Shown: one piece after another, positions 1-13,808 of the stretch
Numbering within the stretch: position 1 is the first letter of the stretch
Layout: each line of letters starts with the position of its first letter
Origin: Macrostomum lignano
Taxonomy: Eukaryota
Direction of reading: 5' to 3'
NCBI GenBank assembly: GCA_002269645.1
Contig: NIVC01000505.1
Span: forward strand, 1 to 64,000
Length of the DNA: 64,000 nucleotides
The notes under the pieces: generated by a model
Database searches by the model: none
The model's input: only the letters and a program-made list of their open reading frames with translations
What the model was told of the DNA's origin: nothing
Program-made: the position numbers and the translations under genes

Positions 1-506
1 CTCTGACACTCATGTGTGATCAAGTGTCCAGGTTCGACTAGGCTTGAGCACTGAAATTGAACTTAAGCTGATCCTCTGTACACCTAGTTCGAGTGCGTGC
101 ATGGCTAAGGCTGTACTTATCCGTGTTATTGTGCGTTATCAGGAGTCAGCATCTCATAAACAAATCCTGAGGGATCTTAAGAATAAGAATAAGTTCACAC
201 AATATGAATCAGTTTACTTCTCTGTTGAATGCATAGTATCGAAACTTGTCCGACACAAGTACGCCTTTCTAATAGGAAAATGTAATAAAATAACTTCTAC
301 ATGTATAGAAGCTACAAGCCTAAATAATGATCGATGATAGCTTGTATTGATGCATTGAAGCAAGTTAAGCTACCATGTAAAGGCGAAAGGCGCAATGAAC
401 TTCTTAATTCCCAGAGATTTCCGCCTGCGAAAAGCGAATTGAAGCAACTTGGCTTGCACGAGTGTCTATGGCCATTATTTCAGCCCCTTACCTACTACGC
501 AACGTC

Positions 507-683
507 ATTGTTTAGCAATTTGACGATCATTATTCACATTTTTAATGCAGAACAATTCATTACTACAAACAATGCATTGTCTGTAGGATCGTCAAACAGA
601 AAAAACAATGCAAAGAATCAGCGGTCGCAGTGCGCTCGCCAGACAATCGTTGTCACGCACTGGGACCGCTGATTATTTATCCA
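507..683 (+). repeat. Dispersed ~175-bp repeat with terminal hairpin (copy 1)
   Basis: Near-identical reverse-complement copy at ~26078-26245. Arms aatcagcggtcgcagtgcg (616-634) and cgcactgggaccgctgatt (656-674) pair with 1 mismatch. Confidence 0.85.
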
Positions 684-1974
684 TTGTTCCACACTTTTTA
701 TCACGCCTCAATTTGCTGCTTTGAGAGTTATTTGACCAATAGACGACTGAAATGTGTCTTAGTTTGACCATAGACAACACTGTGATGAGTGCTGATTTCG
801 TTTGCGTCTTGAAAGAAATCAGGAAAGCGGGTAGTACGAGTGAAAGCTACTTGTCTTGTCAAAAAAACTATGGCTGGTGCATCTCGTCGAACAGCCCCGC
901 TTATTAATTGGAAAAATCTTCTTGTCAACGACTGAAGAACCGTGCGACCTATGCTTCAGTGGAGGTGACACAGGAGATGTGGGTGAAGCATGGTAAGCAT
1001 AATAAGTCAACATTGTAAGTAAATTAGTGGCTATACTATGGTTATATAGAAACGGTGAATTTTTTACAATGTCCATTAAACTGCAGGTCGGATAGATTCG
1101 AAACGCGCAGTTCGCTTCTTCGAGAACTGGCACTTCAAGGATTGCACGTTTCAGTTTTAATGAGCAACTTCTGATGAACAGTCCATGACTACTACTGCGT
1201 TGTTTTTGTGCTTAATGTGCGCGTTTTCCATTGTTTGGTGGCTAAAATGTCTTGACTATCCTTTTTTCTTCTCAATGTATTCCAGAATGCCATGTAGACT
1301 GTTTGCGAACAATATTCCCTTATGTCAGATAATAAATGCATAGTTAACTAATCGTCTATGGTTCAAACGCCTGCTAAAGCTGAACTAATGGCCAGTTGAA
1401 TTTGTCATTGCGCCAGGCTGTGTCCAGACAATGCAAACGTCGATCAGATTCTGGCTCCCTCCCACTCCTTTCCTTCACCCCCTATCGAAGTCGCATAAGG
1501 CAAACTTCCGTGTCCACTAACGGTTAGAACCTCCGATAGATATAGATGTATTTGATGTCTCTCAACGTTTTAGTCTGTATCTATAGTCTGTCTACACTGA
1601 ATAAAAATAGCTATCCTACCTATAGATTCCACCTAGAAACCATCAAAGAGAATGCACCAATGCCTGGCCTTTAATCCCCGAACATCTGAGGTACTAGTCT
1701 ACCCAAACGTCACTTCCCAGCAGGGAATAAGCATCCATTCGAAAAAGCTCCAGGTCCCAAAATGTAGCCACTTGAATGGCAGTTCCTCGGGCCCATTAGG
1801 CTTCGCTAACTACCCAGCGGTAAACCGGGTTTCGAATGGGACTAGCGGGACAAAACTTGACGAAACGCATTCGCGCACGAATATAGAAATATGAAGCCGA
1901 GATTGATACATTAGATTGTGACAGTGCTTTTGTGGTATTTCTAAATTATGTTATCGACAGAATTAACTACTTAC

Positions 1975-3485
1975 CAGAGCCGACACTGAGCACTGTGCCT
2001 CCTGCTGTAGCAGTATTGCTGAGATGATGCATAGGTAATGGTTTTCTTGGTAGATTGCTCTGCATTTCTTGTTGCTGAAGTTTCTGCTGCTGCTGTTGTT
2101 GTTGCTGTTGCTGCTGCTGCTGCTGCTGCTGGATATGATGATGCTGACTATGATTCTGCGGCGGTGGAGGCAGTGGCGGCGTGGCAAATCCAGCGTCCAA
2201 CAGTTGCTCACTGCTGAAACTTCTTGGAGCCGATGACGACTGCTGAAGAGGTGGCAGTTTCACCGTCATTGGTGGCGCTATCTTTTTCGGATCCTCCAGC
2301 TGGTGAACAGAAAGTTGCTGCTTTTGGTTCTGTTGATTCTGCCCTTGCTGAGTTGCTTTTGGCGGAGGCTGTGGCAACTCGCCAGCAAAGATGTAGTAGC
2401 ACTGCTCCGAGAACGAGGCCTTGTTGACCGTGTGGCGGATGAGTCCCGACCGCAGCAGCTGGCAGGCGAGCTTCTTTGCCTGTCGTCGATCGCGAAATCC
2501 GTCAACGTGTAGCAGCAAACCAGTCGACCAGTTCGCCGCCGATAAAGGCAGAGGGAATGCGGATCTTCAACCAGACTCGATCGCGCACCTCCAGCCCGCT
2601 GTCTGGCTGTCGAAGTGCGCGCACAATTTCACCGCAGTCGGATTGCACACTTAGAGCAGGAATTCTAGCCGAATGATGCAACGCCGCCTGCTGTTGAAGA
2701 GACAAATTTTTTGGCCGTTCAACTTGCCCACTGCCGGCGATACGGGCGGCGGCAGCTGCAGCAGCGGCGGCAGATGCCGCATTGGCAGCAGCCGCAGCAG
2801 CTGAAGCGGCGGCCGCAAGTCTCGCGCTGGAGGAGCTGGACGAGCTCGACAAGGATCGACTCCTCGCTGCGACAGCAGGTCCGCCCGGTGGAAGAGCAAA
2901 CGGAAGCGACTGCTGCAGTGGGTCGCCAATCAGCGATCGAACGTCATCGTCAGCTTCGTGACGAAGGTGGCTGGCATCGGTCCCGACGTTGGCTGCAGTA
3001 GCCATGGACTGTGGCGGGGTTGCTGTAGCTCCTGGCATCAGGATCACATCTGGGTCGACTAGGGCTTCAGCTTCACGGACAGCATTGGTGTGCAGGATCC
3101 AAGCACGCGGATCTATTGGTCGGACTGGTTCCTCCTGTGAGACGCGCAGGTACTGGCGACAGTTCCAGGACTTGGCTACGGTAAGGCTAATTGGCCCCGC
3201 TCGTTGTACCTGTTCTCGTAGCACACGAACAGCGTCGTCGTTCTCCATTCGATCGAACGGTATGCCGTTGACTTCAAGGATCAGGTCGCCGGGTTGAATT
3301 CGACCGTCCTTGTGAACCGCGCCGCCTTTCATGATGCTGCCAACGTAGATGCCACCGTCGGCGCCTCGGCGGCTAGCCTGACCTACTATGCTGATGCCGA
3401 GGAATTGCATTGACTCCATGTCCAGGGTTACGGTGATCACGTTCAGCGATAGTGAGGACTCTGTGATGCTGCTGAATGAGGATGC
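1975..3485 (-). CDS. DVL: Dishevelled exon encoding PDZ and DEP domains, with a 1-nt frameshift at ~2517-2519
   Basis: [36 protein letters not shown]...[22 protein letters not shown]...[10 protein letters not shown]...[11 protein letters not shown] is the Dvl [15 protein letters not shown] and [26 protein letters not shown] / [15 protein letters not shown]...[18 protein letters not shown] is the Dvl DEP. Acceptor ttgcag|GCA at 3486/3485, donor G|gtaagt at 1975/1974. Confidence 0.95.
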
Positions 3486-3754
3486 CTGCAATTACAATTC
3501 AGTCTGTTACCTAGTCTAGTCTATTACCTATGGATCTAGTCTTTTTACTAATCAGTCACCCGTACGGCTCGTATTCATTCGAGATATTGTCCCTTTTGTT
3601 GAGAAATTTTAAAATGATTGCATTTTAAATGTCACTTTGAGGGGCCTGAATGAATCTCGTTGGGCAGTTGATCCACGATATTTGCATGAGTGAAAAGCAC
3701 TGTATAGCAATAAAACTTCTACTACGAGCTACATGTAGTAGTTAACACTCAGTG

Positions 3755-4604
3755 CAGGGGCGTCGCCACCTGGGGACAGAGGGGGGGGGGACATGTCCCC
3801 CCCAGTAAAAGCAACTCCAATTTGTGACCCGATGTGGAAATCAATAATTTTGTTTCAGGGCAACAAACGGAGTGTCCGTGGCGCCAAAATGAGTGCCTGT
3901 CTGTGGCGTCAAAATGAGTGCCTGTCTGTGGCGTCAAAATGAGTGCCTGTCTGTGGCGCCAAAATGAATGCCTGTCTGTGGCGCCAAAATTAATGCCTGT
4001 CTGTGGCACCAAAATGAGTGCCTGTCTGTGGCGCCAAAATGAGTGCCTGTCTGTGGCGCCAAAATGAATGCCTGTCTGTGGCGCCAAAATGAGTGCCTGT
4101 CTGTGGCGCCAAAATGAGAGGCGCCAAAATGAGTGCCTGTCTGTGGCTTCAAAATGAATGCCTGTCTGTGGCGCCAAAATGAATGCCTGTCTGTGGCGCC
4201 AAAATGAATGCCTGTCTGTGGCGCCAAAATGAATGCCTGTCTGTGGCACCAAAATGAGTGCCTGTCTGTGGCGCCAAAATGAATGCCTGTCTGTGGCGCC
4301 AAAATGAGTGCCTGTCTGTGGCGCCAAAATGAGAGGCGCCAAAATGAGTGCCTGTCTGTGGCGTCAAAATGAATGCCTGTCTGTGGCGCCAAAATTAATG
4401 CCTGTCTGTGGCGCCAAAATGAGTGCCTGTCTGTGGCGCCAAAATGAGAGGCGCCAAAATGAGTGCCTGTCTGTAGCGCCAAAATGAGCGCTGAAAACAC
4501 CGATTCGCAAAAAAATGAACTTGTAGGAGTCTAGTCATGTACAGTGTACATGTGAATATCTTGGCTTTGTCGTTCCCCCACCATCATAAAATCCTTGGCG
4601 ACGC
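3755..4604 (-). mobile_element. Non-autonomous element (MITE-like) with an internal 25-bp minisatellite (copy 1)
   Basis: Ends caggggcgtcgcca (3755) and tggcgacgc (4604), with a GGGGGACATGTCCCCC palindrome. Both unique flanks and the repeat array match 51205-52289 in opposite orientation. Confidence 0.75.
3880..4490. repeat. 25-bp tandem minisatellite GGCGCCAAAATGAGTGCCTGTCTGT (~24 copies)
   Basis: Directly visible head-to-tail units with point variants and no spacers. Confidence 0.97.
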
Positions 4605-4607
4605 ATA

Positions 4608-4911
4608 GAGGTCTGCAAACTTTTTACTTCTCAAGGGCTAGATAAAGAATCCAGCTCATGGCTGACGGTCAGATGGGAGAGGAAAGTAGAAGAGAAGACG
4701 AGAGAGGGGATTAGAGAGAAGATAAGAGGCAAGGCGAGAAAAGATGAAAGGTGAGGGAAAAGGATAGAGAAGAGAGGAGATAGAAGAAAGAGGAGAGAGT
4801 AGAGAGCTGAAAAGAAACAGGCCAAATTGTTATTGTGAAGTTTTAAAGGACCTGCTGGCTGGATAGAGGGGCTTCACAGGCCGCATGTGCTTTGCGTGTT
4901 GGAGTTTGCCG
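4608..4911 (+). mobile_element. hAT/Charlie-type MITE with GA-rich core (copy A)
   Basis: Left end agaggtctgcaaactttt...aagggctaga and right end gccgcatgtg...ggagtttgccg. The subterminal block ttattgtgaagttttaaagg is shared with 55005-55595, 59410-59706, 61640-61762 and, more loosely, 62706-62930. Confidence 0.65.
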
Positions 4912-5405
4912 AGAAATGGTCTCTAGCCTAAAAAACTAGTCTTGTTTCTTTTTATTATTTTTAATTTGCTTCAAAAGGTGCATTGATTTTAAGTGCTGCA
5001 GGCCTCCCTCGTGATTGCAATCTCAATGTCCGAGGGGGGCCGTTCTGTTTCGGGCATAACAATTCCAATAGGAGAGGCAGGCCAAGGGTTGCAGACAGAG
5101 TGGACAACCGGCTGCAGCGTATGAAGGCGGGGGATGGCAAAGCGCATTTGGAAATTGCAGACGTCAAAAATGCCAGTCTGTCTGCTTCTGCGTTTGTGTA
5201 TTGCTCGATCTAGCATTGGAACGTTGGGTCAGTTGGCCTATCTTCCTACGAGAAAAATATTAATAGATAGAGGGATGTATACATGTACCTAGATACACAG
5301 TACTCTGCTACAATCTAATACAACAGGTTGTCTTTTTTCTATAGTAGATATGTAGGTTTTCACTTTAATGTTGCTTTTGCATGCTGATTTTTTGTGGGTT
5401 ACGCC

Positions 5406-7170
<1,765 letters not shown>

Positions 7171-7193
7171 GAGTAGCAGCAGAGTAGACTCAC

Positions 7194-7281
7194 CCTACTA
7201 ATCCTGGGGGCCCGTCGCTGCCGCTGTCGAAACTTGTGAAAATAATTCGCCGACATTGTCGTTGCTGTTGTTGTGCTAAAC
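7194..7281 (-). CDS. DVL: Dishevelled 88-nt exon (basic region, RFSTTTATTMSANYFHKFRQRQRRAPRISR)
   Basis: Acceptor ttaacgcag|G and donor AGG|gtgagt. Phases (2 in, 0 out) link the SSDLDTTSFFDSEDEAESSR exon to the ASSFSSIT exon, matching the Dvl RFSS...basic...RASSFSSIT layout. Confidence 0.9.
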
Positions 7282-8428
7282 CTGCGTTAAGAGATTTGGT
7301 TTTTTGAGTTTATAGTCCAGGTGTTTCGCAGGTTTTGAGCATTTTATAGTACTTGTAAGGACCGCTTGAAGTTAGGATTGTCTCAGGACCGAACACTTAC
7401 TTCAAGGTCAAAGTTAGGTTAAAAATTCACTATATTTTTAACACTAGATAACATTGTCAACATATTTGCTTCAAAGTTTCGAATATGCGTGTTTACCCAG
7501 CATGTCTGATCGATTCGTGTTGATTTACAACTTAAAACCTACATGTAATTCAAACATGTCGGAAGTGGGAAAAGCAAAGATGCAGTGTCTTCTAATTGAA
7601 GAATGACCTACCACAAGCTTGGGACGAGAAAGCTTTGACGTTAACAATACGGAAAAAGGAGATCGCTGAAAGAATCAAGAATGAAGATCATTTTGCTTCA
7701 GTTCTGTGCGTTCGACCGTCTCCAGTAAGCGTTTGTCCTAAATTTAACCTTCATGTGATCATCGTAATCGCAGAACTTAAGAGATGAATCGTACATACAT
7801 GAAGTGCTTAAAATGTAGAGTGCTACGTTCTGATACAGCCGTACTCATAACTTTTTGATCCATGAGTACGGGTTACTACTCCTAGGAAGAAAAATAGCAT
7901 TTTGGCGCGAGTTGACTAGAAACTTAAAGCCGTTTCATACCACAAGCGTAAAATTTCGAAAAAAAGGTTTTTCTCTATTTATTCCTATCCCAGAGAAAAC
8001 GGCCATGCATCATTCGAGCCATAAATTTCCAGGCCACAGCCCAAAAATTTTGTTTTGCCCAACGCAAACCGGCCTACTTGCTGTGCCTGCTAAAAGCGAA
8101 ATTGCCCACTCCTCTCTATGTTTATATACTGCACTGACGGCCTCCTCTCCACTGCTGCTGTAAATTTAACTTTCTCCCCAATTCATTTCTTAACTGAAAA
8201 AGCAACACCCCATCTAACTATCTCGTAGCTGCCTTGAAAAGCTGTAGCAAAAGGTACTGTACTGATATCTTTAAAACGGTTACTTTTCCTGGTTTATGAA
8301 GGCTAGAAGTTTATACCCATATTGTTATAGTATAAACTGTTAGTAGCCACATGCAGACGGATGATATAATCTTATACTTTCTAAGATTTACATTAAAATT
8401 TTCTAATTGAGATAAAAAATATGCGCAC

Positions 8429-9030
8429 CTGGATGATTCAGCTTCATCTTCCGAATCAAAGAAGCTGGTGGTGTCAAGATCGCTGCTTAGTATTGATCCG
8501 GCTGTTTCGTACAGCTGCTGCTGTTGCTGGCGCCCGCCTTGCAGCTGCAGGCCGCCAACCCGAGGTCTGTGATTGGGCACGAATGCGTGGTACAGGTGCG
8601 CTAGACGATCTGGTCGAATAAACTGCGGCTTTCTATGCTGACCCATCAACAGTCTGCGATTGCTTGATGAAGCTTGCTGCTGCTGCTGCTGCTGCTGCTT
8701 TTGCTGTTGCTGCTTTTGCTGCAGAAGCAGTCGCGACTGAGACTTTTGTGGCTGCTGCTGCTGTTGCTGCTGCTGCTGTCTCTGTTGCGTCCATGTAACG
8801 AGCGGCTGCCTAGCATTCGACTTTTGAAAACTGGAAAACGGTTCGCTAGACTGTCTACTGTGCTCAGCGCCCGAGCTGGTCGCAGCCACCGATGCGCCAA
8901 CTAAATTGCGATCTCCGTTGCTTCCGGTAGCTCCCGGTCTGATTGAGGCGCCATTGCTTGCGCCTCCTCCGCTGGCCACTTGTTGCTGTGAGACACTGTG
9001 AGACAGAGGCAGCCCGGTCTGATGATTCAT
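8429..9030 (-). CDS. DVL: Dishevelled exon (Q-rich linker ending in SSDLDTTSFFDSEDEAESSR); 5' boundary uncertain
   Basis: SSDLDTTSFFDSEDE matches the conserved Dvl SSELESSSF.DSDED motif. Donor AG|gtgcgc at 8429/8428 is phase-compatible with the 7281 acceptor. Confidence 0.85.
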
Positions 9031-11841
9031 CTATTGACGCGCTTAATGACTCGGTTCCAATCAAGCTTCGATTTCAGTCGCTAATATTTGTCCTTAGCTC
9101 GAGATAGATTCAGCAAAAAACTGCATTCTGCTTCATAATATCTTTTGGCCTGAGAGGGGAAGTGGAGAAAGCAGGGAGACGGCTGGCTGGACTGATTTTG
9201 TTTGGTCTATTCGACCTGACTGGCTAGGGATATCATTGCTTCCCTCTCATTCATCCCCAGTTACAGACCTTGGTCCTATCGCAGCCAGTCAGCCAGTAGC
9301 TCAATGCCGCATCCCATGCAGCTTCATAACCCTTCCCCGCCGGCCCAACGGTGCCTCATCAAGAGAGGATACCCCAAGAGTAATTAACAGCCGGTAGGGT
9401 GCCCTGTCTGTGCACGCGCAGACGGATTTCAGACCCCTTGCCCAGCCTTCTTTCGCAGTAGTCATATACAGTGCCATTTCCTGCGCTGGAATCGGTTAGA
9501 GGCCGCGGAGATGGAGCCAGCTGCAACCTGTTATCCAACGACAGGCTGAAATAAGCGAAGGATGCAGTAGACAGAAAAACAGTGGAAGAGGTATGAGTGG
9601 GGGAGTAAAAGAAATAATGAGAGGAACTAAGCAAGAATCTACCTCTTCCTGGTCATAAAACACTGCACGAAAAACATTTGTTTGTGGCTCCTTAGTGTTG
9701 GCTCAGGCCTTTGACTTGACCGAAACTAAAAAAGCTTCTCCTCGACCTCTATTGTTATCAAATTGTAAACAGATTTATGTTGCAAAATGCCTAGATTTCG
9801 TATTCCTAAGGCAACGATAGTACTGCACACATGAAGTAAAATAATCTAGAGATTAGCCGAGAGAGCTTATTCTTTCCCAGTTTAGCCTGAGCAAATTTTG
9901 CTACTATCGTAGTGACCAATCTAATGAAATAGAAAATATTGGAGTAGTTATTATAGTTTGTCGCTAAGCTATAGAGGCTTCCTTGCCATCTGCCGCAAAT
10001 CAAAGGTGACAGTCGACCCTCAGTCAGCGAGGAGGCAAGCGGTTTGGCACATTTCACTGAATCAGTGGCTTAACCAGTGCCCTCGCAGAACAAAAAAGTC
10101 GTTTGACGAGAAAGCATGAAGACTTTGCTTTTATTCGATTCTAACAGCTTCTTTAACAACTTTAACCGATATTTACCCTACGCGGGAAACTTTAATACTT
10201 CTGTGCGACTCGAGGAACAGGAGAGGCCAGTCTGTTTTTTTTGTGCTGCTTTGCTCCTAGTTTTCCACAACCTTTTAATTGACCTGGTCAAGTCTTTTAG
10301 AATTGGTAATTTCTTGAACCAGCTAGTTGTTAAGAGCCATTCGGTTTCCTTCCGGGATTTATTTTAATGCGTTTTAAAACAAACCGGAAGCAGTTACTTA
10401 TGTTAGAACGGAAAAAATATTCCAGTAAAATTAGGTACTGTAAAACATCGATACTAGCAAGTTTTCTTCACCTTTCAGTCTTCAAGTAGTTGTTCAAAAC
10501 TTTTCCAATGAAAACTGCATTCTGAGTATAACAAAAACTTGGAAAAGCCTAGGCCTGGTGCGAGCGTAAATTGCTGAACAATTTTGCACCTGATGCGCTT
10601 CGCCGGCTGGGGCTAAGGAGGTGTTGCCAGCTAATTTTCACCGTTCCTTTTTCTTCCCAATAGCGCTTAGTTTTCAACGCTAACAGGCTGCGGAAATTCC
10701 TTTGTAACCTGGAGCTTGAAGCAGAGAGAGAGAAAGGCAGATAGACTACGCATCCATCCCTGTATCCCTACCTATCTGCCAATTATCTCCTCTGCTTTTG
10801 CGTGCAGTGCACACAGCGGGAAGTCCCAATGTAACCGAGTTGAAAGCGCAGCTTTGTGGAAATTTGCGAAACAGGAAACGAGCAAGAAATCGTGAAACAG
10901 TGTTGCTAAGATAGAAGAGTGGTCAAAGTGCAGTGATTTTTTTAAATGAAATAAAGTGTAAACTGTTACAGGGTGATGACAAAATGCTTGAGAGACCAGC
11001 TGAGGATGTCCAGCAGTTGAGGTTCATGCCCACTGGCTTAATCAACGAAACTGAAGGAATTCGCAACAGGGTTACGACAGTCACCTGGTGCCACCTGTTG
11101 AAGGTCCACAAGCTTCGCCTGGGTGAAGACCAGTGACCAACGAAGTCAGAGCTGATTCATACACATGTGGTCGACGTGCTGATGAAATTTGGAGTCTTGG
11201 CAAGGCTGCACTGAGGCGCAGTGCTGATTGGCACACAGAGGTTTATTGAATTCACTGACGCTTTCGGGAAAAATCCGACCTTCTGGCACAATCGTCGAAT
11301 ACCTCGACGGTCCAGAGGGCTGGCGACTTGATTCTTGTTTGAGAAGGTGCGCAAAAAATTGTTCGTGCTCTTTTTAAATTTCGTGTGCCTGCGTTGCTGT
11401 TTATTCGACAATCGTCAGGGTGGGCAATCCCCCCTCCCTGACGATAATCTCCAGCGATTATAAAGCATTGTGAGTCTTCAATCTCTTATTCAAAAAAGGT
11501 GTTACCACAGAATTGAACGCCTGGAAACTTTGATGCGGACTTGTTGCAGGGCTGGGCCACCCTCACCCTGCAGTCTGTTGATACAAATTTGAACAAAAAA
11601 GTTTTTTACTGTAATGTACGGTTGATGAACAGTACGAGCAATTTCCTTTTGCAAAGAGTTCAAACAAAATGCAAACAAAAGTGCAAGAGCAAGCACATCC
11701 GGCAGATTGCTGCCTTCCTGGTTACAGATTGATTGACAAACTGAATGCTTTCTCTTGGCTACATGCATATATTGCTTGGATTTCAACAGCAGCAACAGCA
11801 ACAGATTTATTTTGATCTTCATCGCTCGAAACTAAAGGAGA

Positions 11842-12298
11842 ATGAGTACTATTGAAAAAAATTTATTTCTAATTTTCTCTGTTGCACTCACAGAAGCAGC
11901 CGCATACCTCACAGCCACAGTCGTGAACCCGCACACAGTTCTGCCATCTGACTGTCCCAGCTTGAAGTACATCCCATCCAAGCAATCTCTGCTGATTGAC
12001 TCGTCCGTCAGCAGTGAAGTCGTCAATGTTATAAATCTAGCGTCGAAGGCAGAATGCTTGATGGCCTGTCGAATTCGAGCATGCTCTGCTGTCGTTGTCT
12101 TTGAGACCAGCAGCTTTTGCCAACTCTTGATTGTCAACGATGCGTCAAAAAACGCTGGCCCAGCCGAGAGTCACAAGCAACGTCGGTTAGGCTTCGAAAT
12201 TGGAGCCAAAATATGGAAGGTTGGAAATTTTGACGCCATCATTCGAGACAGACAGTTTAACATTTCGAAAGTTGTCAACAGTACGGTCACTTTTAGCA
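11842..12298 (+). CDS. Exon 1 of a secreted PAN/Apple + glycine-rich protein (signal peptide, PAN-like domain)
   Basis: Hydrophobic N-terminus (NLFLIFSVALTEAAA) and PAN-like Cys pattern ECLMAC...CSAVVVF....CQL. Donor A|gtaagt at 12298/12299. Confidence 0.7.
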
Positions 12299-12847
12299 GT
12301 AAGTGGAGTCTTAAAATATTATTTGATTTTTCTACATTTATTTTCTAATCTATAATCATAAGTAAATTGCAAGCAAAATCCATACAGGACTAGAGTATAG
12401 TGCTATTATATATTAATGCTCTACCGGTAAACAACATTACTTCCAAGCATTTCTGAAAATTGTAACGCTAAGTGGATTTTGTTCGAAAAGTTTTTTTACG
12501 TTTGAGTATTGAAATTTCAGAGTGACGCCAAGGGATCATTCAAAATTATAATTCAATTAAAATTCATTTTCAAGCCTACGTCCCTGAGTTCTACGCACTG
12601 AGCATGTTGACAGAGAAGATTTTACTCGATTAGTTACTCTCGAATAATGCAAGCATCAAATTCAGTGCCGGAATGACTACGCCGGAGTAAGGCTACCGAC
12701 AAAACCGACTGAAATCAAAAACTTTTTGAACTAGAAGCCCCAAGACATCTATTGCAGTTTGATGATCCAGAGCTTTACTGAGTGTTGAATTTCGTTGATT
12801 AAGCTAACAGTTTTTTTAGAAATTAAATATTCTTATTTTTTATTTAG

Positions 12848-13168
12848 ATTCCAGCGTTGGCCGCCGAGGCTTTGTGCAGCGCGTCCAATTTGAACTGGCC
12901 GGTTGCTATCGAATTGAAATTTCTGGCGCCAGAGGCGGAGGGTCAGATTGTTGCGGCAAGATCGGGGGTAACGGTTCCGCCATCGCTGGAAGCTTCGTTA
13001 TTGGTGCTGGCACAGCTTTGAGTGTCGTTGTTGGACAGGCGGGCACCACCGCGACAAGCGACTCTGCTAGCGGCGGAGGCGGCGGCGGCAGCTTTGTGTA
13101 CCGAGCAAACGACAGCGGATTGCTGATGGCGGCCGGCGGTGGCGGCGGTGCCTCGTCTATGTTTGATG
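12848..13168 (+). CDS. Exon 2: ALK/LTK-type glycine-rich domain, first part
   Basis: Acceptor tttag|AT is phase-matched to exon 1. GCYRIEISGARGG...GGNGSAIAGSF...LSVVVGQAG...GGGGGGSFVY...LLMAAGGGGGA is the ALK/LTK Gly-rich pattern. The 3' boundary is uncertain (G|gaaagt). Confidence 0.75.
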
Positions 13169-13808
13169 GAAAGTTTCTTTGGGTCTTTACTTTACTGGGG
13201 TCTTCGCTTTTTTCCATACTGTTTAGCTACGGAGATTGAATGAGAGCTGAGAAATCCTGCTTTAAATTAAAACAGTGTTTTAAAAAAGCTCGAGGTTTTT
13301 CACTTGAAAAAAATGTGACGAGCTTGGTGTAGCTTTTATGATTCTGCCTCTACAGACAGCCATCAGATACTACGAGCTAGATGCTAGATCGTCGTTAGTT
13401 TTAGCAACCAGTGATGAAATAATAGCAAAATCGACTGTAGCACACATTGCTGACAGCATATTTTATCGTCACTTAAGTGTTACAATAAAAGCCTAGTGCA
13501 AGCATAAACCATCTTTGAATACAGACCGCCTGTGAACTCTAAAAAGACGCTACGGCACTCTGTAATGAACTATAGGTCTTTACAGCTTGCAACAATGTTG
13601 TGCGTAAGATCAAGTGAAGCCACAGAAAACGTCACAAAAACGTTTTCTCAATTTTATGTCATTCTTTTTCACTGATTTTGACGGTCAAAAAACGTCGAAA
13701 CTTCAAGAGGACTATAAACAGTATTTGAAATTTTGCTAGTAAAAATATTGCAAAAGGTGCTAAAATCACTCGTCTCAAATAAAAAAATTTGTCATCTCAA
13801 AACTCTAG

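Noticed and set aside
728-1894. Candidate Dishevelled C-terminal exon among small ORFs
   Set aside because: No Dvl C-terminal motif (e.g. NP.EFFVDVM) found, so it was left unassigned.
3749-4500. CRISPR-like array or repeat protein (HFGATDRHSFW ORFs), also at 51176-52303
   Set aside because: Head-to-tail 25-bp units with no unique spacers and no cas genes, in a eukaryotic context. ORFs are open only because the unit lacks stops.
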